Of a stretch of 64,000 nucleotides of DNA, positions 46,633 through 56,878 are shown piece after piece; positions within the stretch are counted from its first letter, which is position 1, and each line of letters begins with the position of its first letter. Below the pieces are notes generated by a model. The model was not told the DNA's origin, ran no database searches, and was given only the letters and a program-made list of their open reading frames with translations. The translations under genes were made by a program, and so were the position numbers. Source of the stretch: a virus. The stretch covers positions 14,532-78,531 of IMG/VR virus record IMGVR_UViG_3300036978_000319; one strand, given 5' to 3'.

Positions 46633-49479
46633 ATGCCAATTACAATTAGAGAAATACTTGCATCTGATACCATATCAGGTGCAGCCGATAAGATCAATTT
46701 TAATTTTGATCAGCTCCTTCTCAATGGAGGAGGGCCCCCAGGACCTCCAGGACCTCCAGGACCGATAGGTCCTATTGGAGGCAGAGGCATTCGTGGAAGT
46801 GTATGGTACGAAGGGTTAGGTGATCCTAATTTAGTGCCACCTACTTTGACCCCAGAGGATGAAGATAACTATCTACGAGGAGACGGTGATGTGTGGACAT
46901 ATAATGGTAGTACCTGGGTCAACACTGGTATTAGCCTGATTGGCCCTGTTGGCCCTGCTGGTGCTAGCGGTAAGTTTGCCGAATACCAGGGGCAGCCGGG
47001 AACATATTCAACGGCAGGTGATACTACCCTCTACCCGAATCTGATGACCCCTCCTCCGAGTGGAACATCCGGTAATGCAATCAATAAATTTATTAAGGCG
47101 GTGGTAATTGGGGGTCTGCCTGGCAATCTTCCAGGAGTTATTAACCCTAATCCTGTACCTGGACCGGAGGTGATAGATTCATCTCTTGCCGTACAAATAG
47201 TACAGCCTGACATTTCTCTCTTTGTACACCAATTTAACTCCTCAGGCGGAGGCATTAAGTTTCATGGTGGTGATGCCATTGTTGACAATTTTACCAACAT
47301 TTTAGGTGAGTTGGCTGAAATTCGCCTGCTACGGGATGATAAACTCTCCATCAATGTCCCTAAGGCCGCGACTGCCCCAAGTAGTGTAACTGATGTGGAT
47401 GGCCTAAGTGTGACTACTCCGCTTAGAGGTCAGCTTTATCAGTCTGGCAAGAGAATTCAGTTTCAAACAGGAGTTAGTACATCTGGCTATTCTTCAGGTG
47501 ACACTAATGATTTTATTGTTGATGCGGCAAGATACGGCAGTGGTAGTAATCCTACCATTCAGCTAAATGTTCTTAGCAATACAAGTGCACCTACAGCCGC
47601 ATTTCGCCTAGGCAACACTGGTACGTCTCCCTTACCACCGCAAACTGGAGATGCTCGCCTTGATGCTGGCCTAATCACACTAAGTGGAGCACAACAGACC
47701 AACATTTATGCAGGTACTACCTTACCTGCAGGTGCAACTGGACAGGTTACCATAGGTGCAAGTTCACAGATTGTGATGAGAACTATTAACAGTGCTAGCA
47801 CTGGGGCTATTAGTATAAGCACAGGCAATTCGACTACAGGTAGTATTTCTCTCTCAACTGGGACTACTTCAACAGGTAACATTGGGATTAGCACAAGTCC
47901 TGGTGCAGGCCGGGTTGACATCACCAGTGGTGCGACCAATACCGGTGGCTTCGGGGCAATTAACATGTTTACTGATGCAGCTAGCTTAGGTGATATCCAA
48001 CTTAGAACAGGGAACATTTCATCAGGTAACATTACAATTAGTACATCATCAGGCTTCGGGCTGGTTAACATCAGAAGTAGAGCTGCAAATAGCGGTTCAT
48101 TAGGAGCAATTAACATAGCCACAGATCCAACTAGTGCTGGTGACATTCTAGTTAGCACAAGTCTTGGTACAGGCAGGGTTAACATTAACAGTGGTGCAAT
48201 TAACTCAGGTGGTCTCGGCGCAATTAACCTAGTCACAGATTCGTCCAGTACAGGTAACATTGAGATTAGCACATCAGCAGGCACAGGTGATATCAATCTG
48301 ACTTCCGGTGATGACGTCAATGTCGTGGCAACTGATGCCATTTTAATTGCAACTGACACTGGATCTGCTGGTAACATCACACTTACTACTGCAGCAGGCA
48401 CAGGTGATATCATTGTTGTGGCAAATGATGCCATTGCAATTGCAACTGACACTGGATCTGCTGGTAACATCACACTTACTACTGCAGCAGGCACAGGTGA
48501 TATCAATCTGACATCCGGCGATGACGTCAATATCGTGGCAACTGATGCCATTGCAATTGCAACTGACACTGGATCTGCTGGTAACATCACACTTACTACT
48601 CTTGGGACTGGAGATATCAATCTGACTTCCGGTGATGACGTCAGTGTCTTGGCATATAATGCCATTACGCTTAGTAATATAGGAGGTGTAGGAGGTGATA
48701 TTGAATTATTAGCATTTGATGCTCTTAAGTTAAGGGCAGCCGATGATGTTGTAATCAATCATGGGAGTGGTGACCAAGTTACAATTCAACCTATCAGTGG
48801 AAATAGTGATGCCATTATAGAAATAAAGCCAGCTGGCACCAATACACGGTCTGATATTAACCTATTTGGCGATGCACTCGGTACAAAAAATCTACAGCTA
48901 AGATCAGATGGTGTTGCTGATGAGGGTCAAATTGGAGTATCGAATGGCATGAGCCTACGCTTATTCGGTGGAAATACTTTAGGCGATCAGGCCATAATTA
49001 CAGCATATCGTAGTGGCAGTGATCTTACATCTGCACAGGATCCCTCTTTTAGGGTAAATGCTAATATCCATTACAGCGGTGCCGGTGGCGGTGGTACAAA
49101 AGCCTTTGCTCGTGATGAATACCTATTTGCCAGTGGACGGTACACTCAATCTGGTGTTGGATTTTCAATGGAAGTGCTCTGGCAAAAGGTAGGGAATGTG
49201 GTTAATATGAACGGTACCATAGTCAGGCCGTTGGCAAGTGCAACTGCGCGCACTGGATTTTTGTTACCGGTATTGGCAGATGGTCCATATAATGGTTATA
49301 GATTAAAGGGAAGTGCCCAGAGCAATGATATTAGTGCCTTAACTATTGATGACCGCATAACAAACATACAATTGACAAGTTCAGGTGGATCACCTCAGTT
49401 TGAGTTTTCTGGGTCACCAGTGTCAGGACCATTCGGTGATACCTGGTCATTTACTGGAAGCTATTTATTAATACCTTAA
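46633..49479 (+). CDS. Tail fibre protein (collagen-like Gly-X-Y plus beta-helix repeats)
   Basis: GPPGPPGPPGPIGPIGGRGIRG, GDVWTYNGSTWVNTG.SLIGP, and long G(N/D)I.I.T repeats. Confidence 0.8.
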   Translation: MPITIREILASDTISGAADKINFNFDQLLLNGGGPPGPPGPPGPIGPIGGRGIRGSVWYEGLGDPNLVPPTLTPEDEDNYLRGDGDVWTYNGSTWVNTGISLIGPVGPAGASGKFAEYQGQPGTYSTAGDTTLYPNLMTPPPSGTSGNAINKFIKAVVIGGLPGNLPGVINPNPVPGPEVIDSSLAVQIVQPDISLFVHQFNSSGGGIKFHGGDAIVDNFTNILGELAEIRLLRDDKLSINVPKAATAPSSVTDVDGLSVTTPLRGQLYQSGKRIQFQTGVSTSGYSSGDTNDFIVDAARYGSGSNPTIQLNVLSNTSAPTAAFRLGNTGTSPLPPQTGDARLDAGLITLSGAQQTNIYAGTTLPAGATGQVTIGASSQIVMRTINSASTGAISISTGNSTTGSISLSTGTTSTGNIGISTSPGAGRVDITSGATNTGGFGAINMFTDAASLGDIQLRTGNISSGNITISTSSGFGLVNIRSRAANSGSLGAINIATDPTSAGDILVSTSLGTGRVNINSGAINSGGLGAINLVTDSSSTGNIEISTSAGTGDINLTSGDDVNVVATDAILIATDTGSAGNITLTTAAGTGDIIVVANDAIAIATDTGSAGNITLTTAAGTGDINLTSGDDVNIVATDAIAIATDTGSAGNITLTTLGTGDINLTSGDDVSVLAYNAITLSNIGGVGGDIELLAFDALKLRAADDVVINHGSGDQVTIQPISGNSDAIIEIKPAGTNTRSDINLFGDALGTKNLQLRSDGVADEGQIGVSNGMSLRLFGGNTLGDQAIITAYRSGSDLTSAQDPSFRVNANIHYSGAGGGGTKAFARDEYLFASGRYTQSGVGFSMEVLWQKVGNVVNMNGTIVRPLASATARTGFLLPVLADGPYNGYRLKGSAQSNDISALTIDDRITNIQLTSSGGSPQFEFSGSPVSGPFGDTWSFTGSYLLIP
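48271..48645 (+). repeat. Near-identical internal tandem duplications in the tail fibre
   Basis: actgacactggatctgctggtaacatcacacttactact occurs three times (~48352, ~48445, ~48562). Confidence 0.85.
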
Positions 49480-49495
49480 TGTTAATATCATAATC

Positions 49496-49732
49496 ATGAC
49501 AAGACAAGATAGACAAAAACTTAATGACCTTATCCGGGAATACCGGGAGATCAGCTTTAACATTGACCTCATGCAGCAGAGCATACTAGGCCTGGCTGAA
49601 AAGCGGGACGGCATGCTCTCCAGGCTAGACCAGCTTAAAGTGGAAGAGCAGTCCTTTCTTAAGGAGATCTCCAAGCGCTATGGCGATGAAGAGGTAACAC
49701 CTAATAAACTTATGCAATACGTAGAAGAATGA
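49496..49732 (+). CDS. Small coiled-coil protein
   Basis: 78 aa after the fibre gene; could be a fibre chaperone. Confidence 0.6.
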   Translation: MTRQDRQKLNDLIREYREISFNIDLMQQSILGLAEKRDGMLSRLDQLKVEEQSFLKEISKRYGDEEVTPNKLMQYVEE

Positions 49733-50571
49733 CGATACTCACATCAATACTTAGCGCATTTTCATGGCTAACCAATCCTAAGAACCGGCCGGCAGTAGCT
49801 CTTGGCCTTATCATACTGCTTATCATTTTATTGATAGGCACTTGTAGCCGGGTGAGTACTCTTGAGGGTGAAGCTGCTAAGTCGGAGCAAGAGATTACAC
49901 GAGTTAAGAATAATTGGGCAGCCAGTCGCGACTCGGTTACCATGATGAGGGGAGAGCACGGCGAAGTGATTGGCAAGATTAGTGGATATGAACTAACGGT
50001 TAGTGAGCTAGAGTCTGACTATAAGGTTCTCTTAGGCAAGTACGAGATTGAAAAGGGAAAGCCACCAGTGGTCATTACCAAGATTGTCACCATTATTAGG
50101 GACTCAACTATTTATGTTGCCGTTGGACTTGAGGGAGACTCGGTCATCACAGTCAATGATACCAGCCGATTTACCGCTGACAATTGGAGAATCTTAACCG
50201 GCAGAATTCCCTATGAGATTGATACAACACTTAGCCAGATTAGGGTTGATACCGGGGTCTTTTCCCTGGAGCAGGCCATCGCTCTGCAGACCGTCCTAAC
50301 TCGTGAAAAGAAGACTGGCAAGATCCAGATTCAGGTGATAACCGACTATCCAGGAGTTACTTTTAGTCGCATCCAAGGCGCGGTTATACAGGATGACCGG
50401 GAAAATGCCAAGGTTCTTAGGCAGGCAAGAAAGGAGTGGGGTATAGGAGTTCATGCAGGATACGGTGCAATGCTTAACCTAGTGGACATTGGACGTGTAG
50501 GCATAGCTCATGGCCCATATATAGGAGTAGGTATTCATTGGTCTCCAAAATGGGCACAGTGGGGTAAATAA
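49729..50571 (+). CDS. Membrane-anchored coiled-coil protein, putative lysis (spanin-like)
   Basis: N-terminal TM ending LLIGTC, a coiled coil, and a C-terminal WGIGVHAGYG...PYIGVGIHW hairpin of the kind I recall from Bacteroidota phage proteins. Confidence 0.55.
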   Translation: MTILTSILSAFSWLTNPKNRPAVALGLIILLIILLIGTCSRVSTLEGEAAKSEQEITRVKNNWAASRDSVTMMRGEHGEVIGKISGYELTVSELESDYKVLLGKYEIEKGKPPVVITKIVTIIRDSTIYVAVGLEGDSVITVNDTSRFTADNWRILTGRIPYEIDTTLSQIRVDTGVFSLEQAIALQTVLTREKKTGKIQIQVITDYPGVTFSRIQGAVIQDDRENAKVLRQARKEWGIGVHAGYGAMLNLVDIGRVGIAHGPYIGVGIHWSPKWAQWGK

Positions 50572-50592
50572 AAGCAGCAGAGAGAAAAGAGA

Positions 50593-51960
50593 ATGGAGTC
50601 ATCAAGATACATACAGCTTTCGGCTGATCTACTGGTTGAGTATGTCTATACTAGCCAGGCTAATCCAGCTACGTTTAACACAGGCAGCTTTCCTATTGAG
50701 ATCCTAAGGGATGGCCATACTGGCGGCAGCTACCTATGGAACGGCGCTAACGTGATAGGCACTATGGGCAATGCGCGGGATAGGTCAGCCGTTGCAATTA
50801 ACCAGGTCAAGTCAAAATGGGTTAGTCTTAACTCTAGCTTTGGAGTACCCTATAATGACTATGATCCTCAGCTAACTCCAACGACACAGCTGCCTCAGAT
50901 CTTTAATCCTAACATTGACATTGAGTATGACCGGGTTAGAGTGTACTTTACATCGGGCTACAGTTTTGATGACTATGACGGCCTAATCTTTGAGATTCTG
51001 GTGAACCGCCGCGACGGTGTTGAGCTTAACCTTGCTGCAATTAACTATCTAAGGACTGACACCCCGCAGCTTCTACCGGATCCCTTTCTTCTTGCTAGTA
51101 AGCTGTACAGCACCTACATAGAGTTTAAGGTGCCTGCACTGTTCTATATGAACAACGCATATACCCCAACCCAACCGAATCGCTTAGGGTTTAAGCTAAC
51201 ACAGGGCAAAGGGTTCATTGGAACTCCGACTATCACAATTAGAGCACGTGGTATTGCAAAGACAACTGTTACGAATAGTTACAGTTTTTATGATGTTGAC
51301 GAGATCAATAGCGTCTCAATCCTTAATCGTGACATCTATAACACACTATTTGCACAGGTTATAGAATCGCCGTCAGGAGACTATTATGAACTCTCAGGAC
51401 AGGTGGTAGGCTCTACCTTTGAAGATTTCATTAATAATCTTGGCGGCTCATTAGGAGGGGCTGACATTGTGGTCTTTCATGAGATCACTGTCACTGAGCA
51501 GATTGGACTAGTCTTTGTGCAAACAAGTAACCAGGTCTTTACACAAACTGACTACTATGATGATCCGATTCTATTTAGGCCAATTATTCTTAACAGTGCA
51601 AATGCAGTTAGCTTTAGCATTGACTATACTCTTAGAATCTACAACCGCAGTGACGGAACACAAATAATTAAGAAGGCTCGCGTAACCAGTTTTGATGTTA
51701 AGAAATATGGCCGTCGCCTAATGAAGATTAATCTAGGCACGGTACCTACTGTAGCCAGGGTATACAATCAGCTACAGCCTGATGATGGCAGCCGAATCGT
51801 CATTAACAATTCAGTCTCTCTACCAGGGCAGACGAGTGATCAGCAAGCACAGCAGCTTGTGGTAAGAACTCGCTACATCACAGGATTTAGAGACCGCATT
51901 AATGTTAAAGCTGCAATTGCGCCTGCAAAAGTTCAAACTATAACTACACAAAATGGCTGA
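50593..51960 (+). CDS. Virion structural protein
   Basis: 455-aa beta-rich ORF in the structural cluster. Confidence 0.6.
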   Translation: MESSRYIQLSADLLVEYVYTSQANPATFNTGSFPIEILRDGHTGGSYLWNGANVIGTMGNARDRSAVAINQVKSKWVSLNSSFGVPYNDYDPQLTPTTQLPQIFNPNIDIEYDRVRVYFTSGYSFDDYDGLIFEILVNRRDGVELNLAAINYLRTDTPQLLPDPFLLASKLYSTYIEFKVPALFYMNNAYTPTQPNRLGFKLTQGKGFIGTPTITIRARGIAKTTVTNSYSFYDVDEINSVSILNRDIYNTLFAQVIESPSGDYYELSGQVVGSTFEDFINNLGGSLGGADIVVFHEITVTEQIGLVFVQTSNQVFTQTDYYDDPILFRPIILNSANAVSFSIDYTLRIYNRSDGTQIIKKARVTSFDVKKYGRRLMKINLGTVPTVARVYNQLQPDDGSRIVINNSVSLPGQTSDQQAQQLVVRTRYITGFRDRINVKAAIAPAKVQTITTQNG

Positions 51961-52786
51961 AATCAGGACTAACATAGCCGTAACTGAGACGGAATCACAA
52001 GCATTTAAGAAGTTTCAGACCACGTCAACACAAGAGCAGCCTTTGCCACAGGGAGACGGTGTGATTAGGATTAGTCCATTTGATGACTATTTTCTCTTTA
52101 CACTATACGAAGACACTGATGGAGAGGACACTCCTATTGACCTGTCAAATGTAGGTGTTGTCTATCTGTCATTTATTGGTGGCAGCGACGAGATCCGTAT
52201 TCCCTACTATACAAATGTGGAGGATCTTGACTTAAGCCAAGGCCAGGTTCTATTCCGGATAAGTGCAGAAGACAGCAAAAAGATCCTAAAGCTCAATAAT
52301 GATAACTTTTACATCTCAACTCGTGGAGTTAGTCCAGAGGGAGACGTCAGCGATGAAAGCGTTCTCTACACAGGCAAGTTCCTGTCTCTAACCGCTGCGG
52401 CTAGGGAATCTCTAACTGCACAGATTCAGGATCTTCAACTTCAGTATAGTCGCGACACTGCGGTTCTCCAAACCCAGTTGGCAGCTACTACAAAGGAGCG
52501 TGATGGTCTTGCACAATTGGTTGCCGACCAAAACACAACAATTCAGGCCCTTAAGAACTCTAACCAAGAGATGAGTAATGTCATTTCCGAGATCTCTAAG
52601 ACAACCAGTTCACAGAGTCAAACCGCTGCTGTCTTGCAGGATAAGGCTAAAGATGCGCAAGCTCTTGCCCAGGCCGCACAAAATAAGGCAGGGCAAACTG
52701 CAGCCGTGCAGGCAAAGCAGCAGGGAAAGAACAGCAAGACAGTTGTACAAATTGCAGCAAGTTCACTACAAAGGTCTAGCATCTAA
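51953..52786 (+). CDS. Hypothetical protein with C-terminal coiled coil
   Basis: 277 aa; Q/A-rich heptads in the C-terminal half. Confidence 0.6.
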   Translation: MAEIRTNIAVTETESQAFKKFQTTSTQEQPLPQGDGVIRISPFDDYFLFTLYEDTDGEDTPIDLSNVGVVYLSFIGGSDEIRIPYYTNVEDLDLSQGQVLFRISAEDSKKILKLNNDNFYISTRGVSPEGDVSDESVLYTGKFLSLTAAARESLTAQIQDLQLQYSRDTAVLQTQLAATTKERDGLAQLVADQNTTIQALKNSNQEMSNVISEISKTTSSQSQTAAVLQDKAKDAQALAQAAQNKAGQTAAVQAKQQGKNSKTVVQIAASSLQRSSI

Positions 52787-54048
52787 TGTTCTTAAGCTCA
52801 AGAAATAACCAATTCAAGTTTGAGTTTCCTAGGAAGTTCATTCCAGATGAGATTGCCGATAAGTACCGTGCTTTCATCAACCGCATACCAGGCGGCATGA
52901 TTAAGGAGCCGATTGACATCTTTAACTACGGTATTCAGTCAATTAACCTGCCTGGGCCTTCTTTTGACCCTGTCACACAGAATGACTATCCTGGCTTTAC
53001 TCGTAACTTTAGAGATGCCAAGCCAACACAGGAACTCTTTGATAAGAACCTAACGGTCACAATGCAGTCATTTGACGGCTTCATTAACTATTGGATGGCC
53101 GTTGAACTTATGCAGTACTACTACTCAAGAGATGGCAAGCACCCATGGGTACCTGGCGGAGTAGGTCTGCAGCTGATGGATGGAGAGGGTAACCTATTTA
53201 TGACTGCACAATTGCAGGAAATGATCATGACTGGAGTAGGGTCATTAGACCTAAACTTTAGCTCCAATACAGTTGACTTTCAGACATTTGACATTACGTT
53301 TGTCTATAATACACTTGAGATTAAGAGCATTGCTACCGAAAGAGTTCGCGCGGTACCAGTCTCTATAAGCCAGCCTGCCGTATGTCTACCTGCGCAGATC
53401 CTGCTTAACGGCAATCTAGCATTGTCTGCACCTAGCGGAGTCCTAACTGACATCAGAGTGTTGCAGGAGGATATCCCAGTTGGACAATGGAACGGCAATT
53501 CACTTATCATTCCGCCTTGTGAAGATGCGCAGTGGGAACTTGTTGATGACAATGATGGTGTACTTGGTAGTGGAGTCATTCCAAGTGGTGAGGGTGCCAT
53601 CATTGTGGCGCCTAATGCGGCATACTCCCTAGAGGACACTATTGGCGGTGTCCTAAGCAGTGGTGTAATCCTAAGCGGTGGAAGTGAGATCATAGTAGCA
53701 CCTGACGCAACCTGGACACTAGAGGATACGTTTGGAGCCCAGCTGGATAGTGGTGTAATCCTAAGCGGAGGGAGCGAGATCATCGTGGCACCAGACGCAA
53801 CAGTAGATAGAGACGGTACACCCTTTAGCATAGTGCCTTCTGGTGGAACTATAAATGTACCATCAAACACATACCAGATTCTGTCTGATACAGTCTCTAA
53901 CATCAATTATATAGGAGTTTCACCTACCGGGACAGCAACGTCTGGACAATGGACAATAAATAAAATAACAGTGGCTCTTGATGGAACCATAACTGTCGCA
54001 ACGGCAGTAGGACCTTGGGATGACCGCTATACACTAATCTACACATAA
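52786..54048 (+). CDS. Tail-tube-fold (gp3/gp19-like) protein with fused C-terminal repeat domain
   Basis: The N-terminal ~180 aa (IQSINLPG...LTVTMQSFDGFINYW...LDLNFSS...TFDITFVYN) resemble a tail terminator. The C-terminus has three ~31-aa repeats. Confidence 0.6.
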   Translation: MFLSSRNNQFKFEFPRKFIPDEIADKYRAFINRIPGGMIKEPIDIFNYGIQSINLPGPSFDPVTQNDYPGFTRNFRDAKPTQELFDKNLTVTMQSFDGFINYWMAVELMQYYYSRDGKHPWVPGGVGLQLMDGEGNLFMTAQLQEMIMTGVGSLDLNFSSNTVDFQTFDITFVYNTLEIKSIATERVRAVPVSISQPAVCLPAQILLNGNLALSAPSGVLTDIRVLQEDIPVGQWNGNSLIIPPCEDAQWELVDDNDGVLGSGVIPSGEGAIIVAPNAAYSLEDTIGGVLSSGVILSGGSEIIVAPDATWTLEDTFGAQLDSGVILSGGSEIIVAPDATVDRDGTPFSIVPSGGTINVPSNTYQILSDTVSNINYIGVSPTGTATSGQWTINKITVALDGTITVATAVGPWDDRYTLIYT

Positions 54049-54077
54049 CACATCTATAATAAAAAGATTATATAAAA

Positions 54078-54263
54078 ATGGAAACTAAGTTCAGAACTAT
54101 TATTAATCCCGAAGGACAGGGATATGCACTTGTTCAACGCTGCCTTGTATTTAATGCGGAGGGTGAGCAGGTTGAAACCATCAACAACCCTGAAATAAAC
54201 CATGTAGACATTGATGCAGCTTGGGCATCCGCTACAGCATTTATCAATCAACATAAGAACTGA
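54078..54263 (+). CDS. Small hypothetical protein
   Basis: 61 aa; TGATG coupling to the next gene. Confidence 0.55.
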   Translation: METKFRTIINPEGQGYALVQRCLVFNAEGEQVETINNPEINHVDIDAAWASATAFINQHKN

Positions 54264-55525
54264 TGGCAAACAGGTATGCAGTAGCAACGGGTAACTGGTC
54301 CAACACGGCCACTTGGGATGGTGGTACATTACCGCAAGCTGGTGATGTAGTAAGACCTAATGCATTTACGGTCAACATTGACCAGAATATCACAGTGACA
54401 GAGTTGCGTAATAATGCCTCTGCACCTGCTGTTCAGGGCGGAGTGTTCACATTCGGCGCAGGTATAACCATCAATGCTGACATTAGACACATCATCAATC
54501 TGAACAGCAACTTCATTACCGCAACATACGGCAGTGGCACATCAACAATCAACGGCGACATCATTTTAGCAGGTAGTACTGGCGATAATACAAAGGCCGT
54601 TCTTCTGATAACAGGGTCGGCTGGTGGAGTTCTCATTGTCAATGGTGACATTTATATGAGCAACACTAGTATTAGTATTAACGAACGTGGAAGCTGTGTT
54701 CGACTGAATGGTAATGGTAACGGTTTCAAAATCACGTGCAATGGACTGGTAAGTGGGGCACTTGCATTACTTGGAGCTTTTCCTGCCGAAGGCAATACAT
54801 GTGGAATAGCTGTCGCAGGGCAGAACTATGTGATTGAGCTGAACGGAGTGACACAGGGCTCAATGGTTGATTTCAACACAGTAAACAGTAACGGAGTACT
54901 AGTTTTCACCGCAGCTATTGGCAACAGCGTTGTTAATAACGGGCTGATGCAGGGCGGAATAGTGGTCACTGCAAATTTTGGAGATGCTGTGAATATGCCT
55001 GCCAATCTTTTGAACTTTCTTAATAACTACGGCACTATAGAAGCATCGGCTCTGCAAAGAGCGATGGTAGGAGGACTGCTTACACATTACAGCGGATCGG
55101 TGGTCACCGACAAGTTTGTTCAAATGGCCGCACACCCTAAAGCACAGCGTTTATCGACTTCATTTATGGATGCGCGTTTTAACTTGCCTATAACGTCTCT
55201 GACTAATGGAGCACTTAGAACCCCAGGATTACTCACAGGTTACCCATTAGAAGCTAACGTAGAGACTGGAACTGTCTATGGACCAGCATCAGAATTTACA
55301 GGTACACTTAACCCAATTACGGTAAATGTTGACACTAATGCCATTGCGGCTGCCATTTCGACTAGTCTTGAAACAAGTCTGCCTCCGCTATTAGCACCTC
55401 CGCTAGCCACTGATCTTTTAGCCGAGATCTCCACGTCAGCTGATCCTCTAGCTGAGAGACTCCGCAATGCATCAACGGTTCAGTCAACAGGTGCACAACT
55501 ACAGTCCATTGTCATTGCACCTTGA
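54263..55525 (+). CDS. Beta-helix virion/adhesin-like protein
   Basis: N-terminal GNWSNTATWDGGTLP..GDVV motif; Gly/Asn-rich beta-helix body. Confidence 0.6.
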   Translation: MANRYAVATGNWSNTATWDGGTLPQAGDVVRPNAFTVNIDQNITVTELRNNASAPAVQGGVFTFGAGITINADIRHIINLNSNFITATYGSGTSTINGDIILAGSTGDNTKAVLLITGSAGGVLIVNGDIYMSNTSISINERGSCVRLNGNGNGFKITCNGLVSGALALLGAFPAEGNTCGIAVAGQNYVIELNGVTQGSMVDFNTVNSNGVLVFTAAIGNSVVNNGLMQGGIVVTANFGDAVNMPANLLNFLNNYGTIEASALQRAMVGGLLTHYSGSVVTDKFVQMAAHPKAQRLSTSFMDARFNLPITSLTNGALRTPGLLTGYPLEANVETGTVYGPASEFTGTLNPITVNVDTNAIAAAISTSLETSLPPLLAPPLATDLLAEISTSADPLAERLRNASTVQSTGAQLQSIVIAP

Positions 55526-55547
55526 TATATAACTTAAACCTGTACTA

Positions 55548-55796
55548 ATGCAGCACATCAAACCACTCAAGCAGTTCCTCAATGAGTCTAAAGGGGACAC
55601 TTTCTTCATTGAGGTCTCTGTCCGCGATGCCCGCAAAGCTCAAGACATCTACCAAGACCAGTTCCGTCGCTACAAGACCATCGATCCTACTTCAACCAAT
55701 TCATACGAGATCACTGATGAGGATGATGCCATCGACTTCTTAATGGCCTTTAATGACCAGGGCATTGAAATTTCTGACACTAATATCAGCGCCTGA
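55548..55796 (+). CDS. Putative internal head protein
   Basis: Starts MQHIKPLKQFLNES; own GATATATA at 55524. Confidence 0.6.
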   Translation: MQHIKPLKQFLNESKGDTFFIEVSVRDARKAQDIYQDQFRRYKTIDPTSTNSYEITDEDDAIDFLMAFNDQGIEISDTNISA

Positions 55797-55806
55797 TATA
55801 TAACTT

Positions 55807-56160
55807 ATGAAAACTTACCACGAATATCTAACCGAGTCAGATGAACATGCCCTGCTAGAGAAAGCACTGCACGAGTCTAATGACATAACACCTGAACAGG
55901 ATGCAGCTATCAACCAGGTTGTTGAGCGGATCCTAGCCGAACATGCTAATGGCCGTGACTTGGGAGAGGTAATGGAAGAGATCACTAATGAGGGCATTAT
56001 TGGCTCCATTCTAGGTGGCCTAACTGGATTTGCTCTTGGCAAGACTATTGGTACGACTATCGCCCGCGTACTAGGAGTTGAGAAGGGTGTTCTTTATGAC
56101 TTACTCACCAGCCGACTTGTTGGAGCCGCACTAGGTTCTGCAATTGGCAATAGATTCTAA
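55807..56160 (+). CDS. Glycine-zipper protein, putative internal head/ejection protein
   Basis: Starts MKTYHEYLTES; C-terminal GIIGSILGGLTGFALG...LVGAALGSAIG; GATATATA at 55795. Confidence 0.65.
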   Translation: MKTYHEYLTESDEHALLEKALHESNDITPEQDAAINQVVERILAEHANGRDLGEVMEEITNEGIIGSILGGLTGFALGKTIGTTIARVLGVEKGVLYDLLTSRLVGAALGSAIGNRF

Positions 56161-56163
56161 TAC

Positions 56164-56808
56164 ATGACCCTAATCGGGATTGACTTTTCACTTAACAGTC
56201 CAGCGCTATGTGCATTAACAGGAGAAGACTATACATTCATTTCATTCTTCAATTATGGCGGACGTCCAAAAGACCGTCCCATACCCAAGGCATTCAAAGT
56301 TCACAAGGAGCTGATGGAATTAGACGCCATCGCCGGAATCAGCTACAACCGCCAGGTCAAGGCTGGAGACTTTCTCCTAGAAGAGAGACTGAAACTGACG
56401 GATGCTAGGCTCATTGCTGGCATGATTAGCACAGAGTCAGCAAAACAGCCAGATCCGCTAATTGCAATTGAGGGGTTTTCATACGGCTCAAAGGGGAATA
56501 GCTTTCTTGACATGGTTGCATATAACACAGTCTTAAGACATGCTCTAGTTGAGCAGTGTGGAATTGACAGGTTTCATGTCTTTCAGCCTTCAGCCGTTAA
56601 GAAGATTGCCGGTAAGGGTAATGCAAATAAGTTTTATATGTTTGAAGCTTTCAGGGACAACAGGTTAAAAGATCCCTTACTAGAGAAGCATGCTCTTTGG
56701 CAATGGTGTCAAGGTAAAGAGTTTGAGAAAGAGATCCCAAAGCCAATCGATGATCTAGTCGATTCATACTTTATAGTAAGAGCTTTAAGCCTATTCCATA
56801 ATTTATAA
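56164..56808 (+). CDS. RuvC-like Holliday-junction resolvase
   Basis: IGIDFSLNSP, IAIEGFSY, PSAVKKIAGKGNANK and DDLVDS give the RNase H-fold acidic residues. Confidence 0.85.
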   Translation: MTLIGIDFSLNSPALCALTGEDYTFISFFNYGGRPKDRPIPKAFKVHKELMELDAIAGISYNRQVKAGDFLLEERLKLTDARLIAGMISTESAKQPDPLIAIEGFSYGSKGNSFLDMVAYNTVLRHALVEQCGIDRFHVFQPSAVKKIAGKGNANKFYMFEAFRDNRLKDPLLEKHALWQWCQGKEFEKEIPKPIDDLVDSYFIVRALSLFHNL

Positions 56809-56878
56809 ATTATACATAGTTCTTACTTACTCTTACCTAAAATCTTATATTGCAGTTTTCACATCTTGTTTCAGAAAA

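Noticed and set aside
47706-48758. 350-aa minus-strand ORF
   Set aside because: Antisense shadow of the repetitive tail-fibre region.
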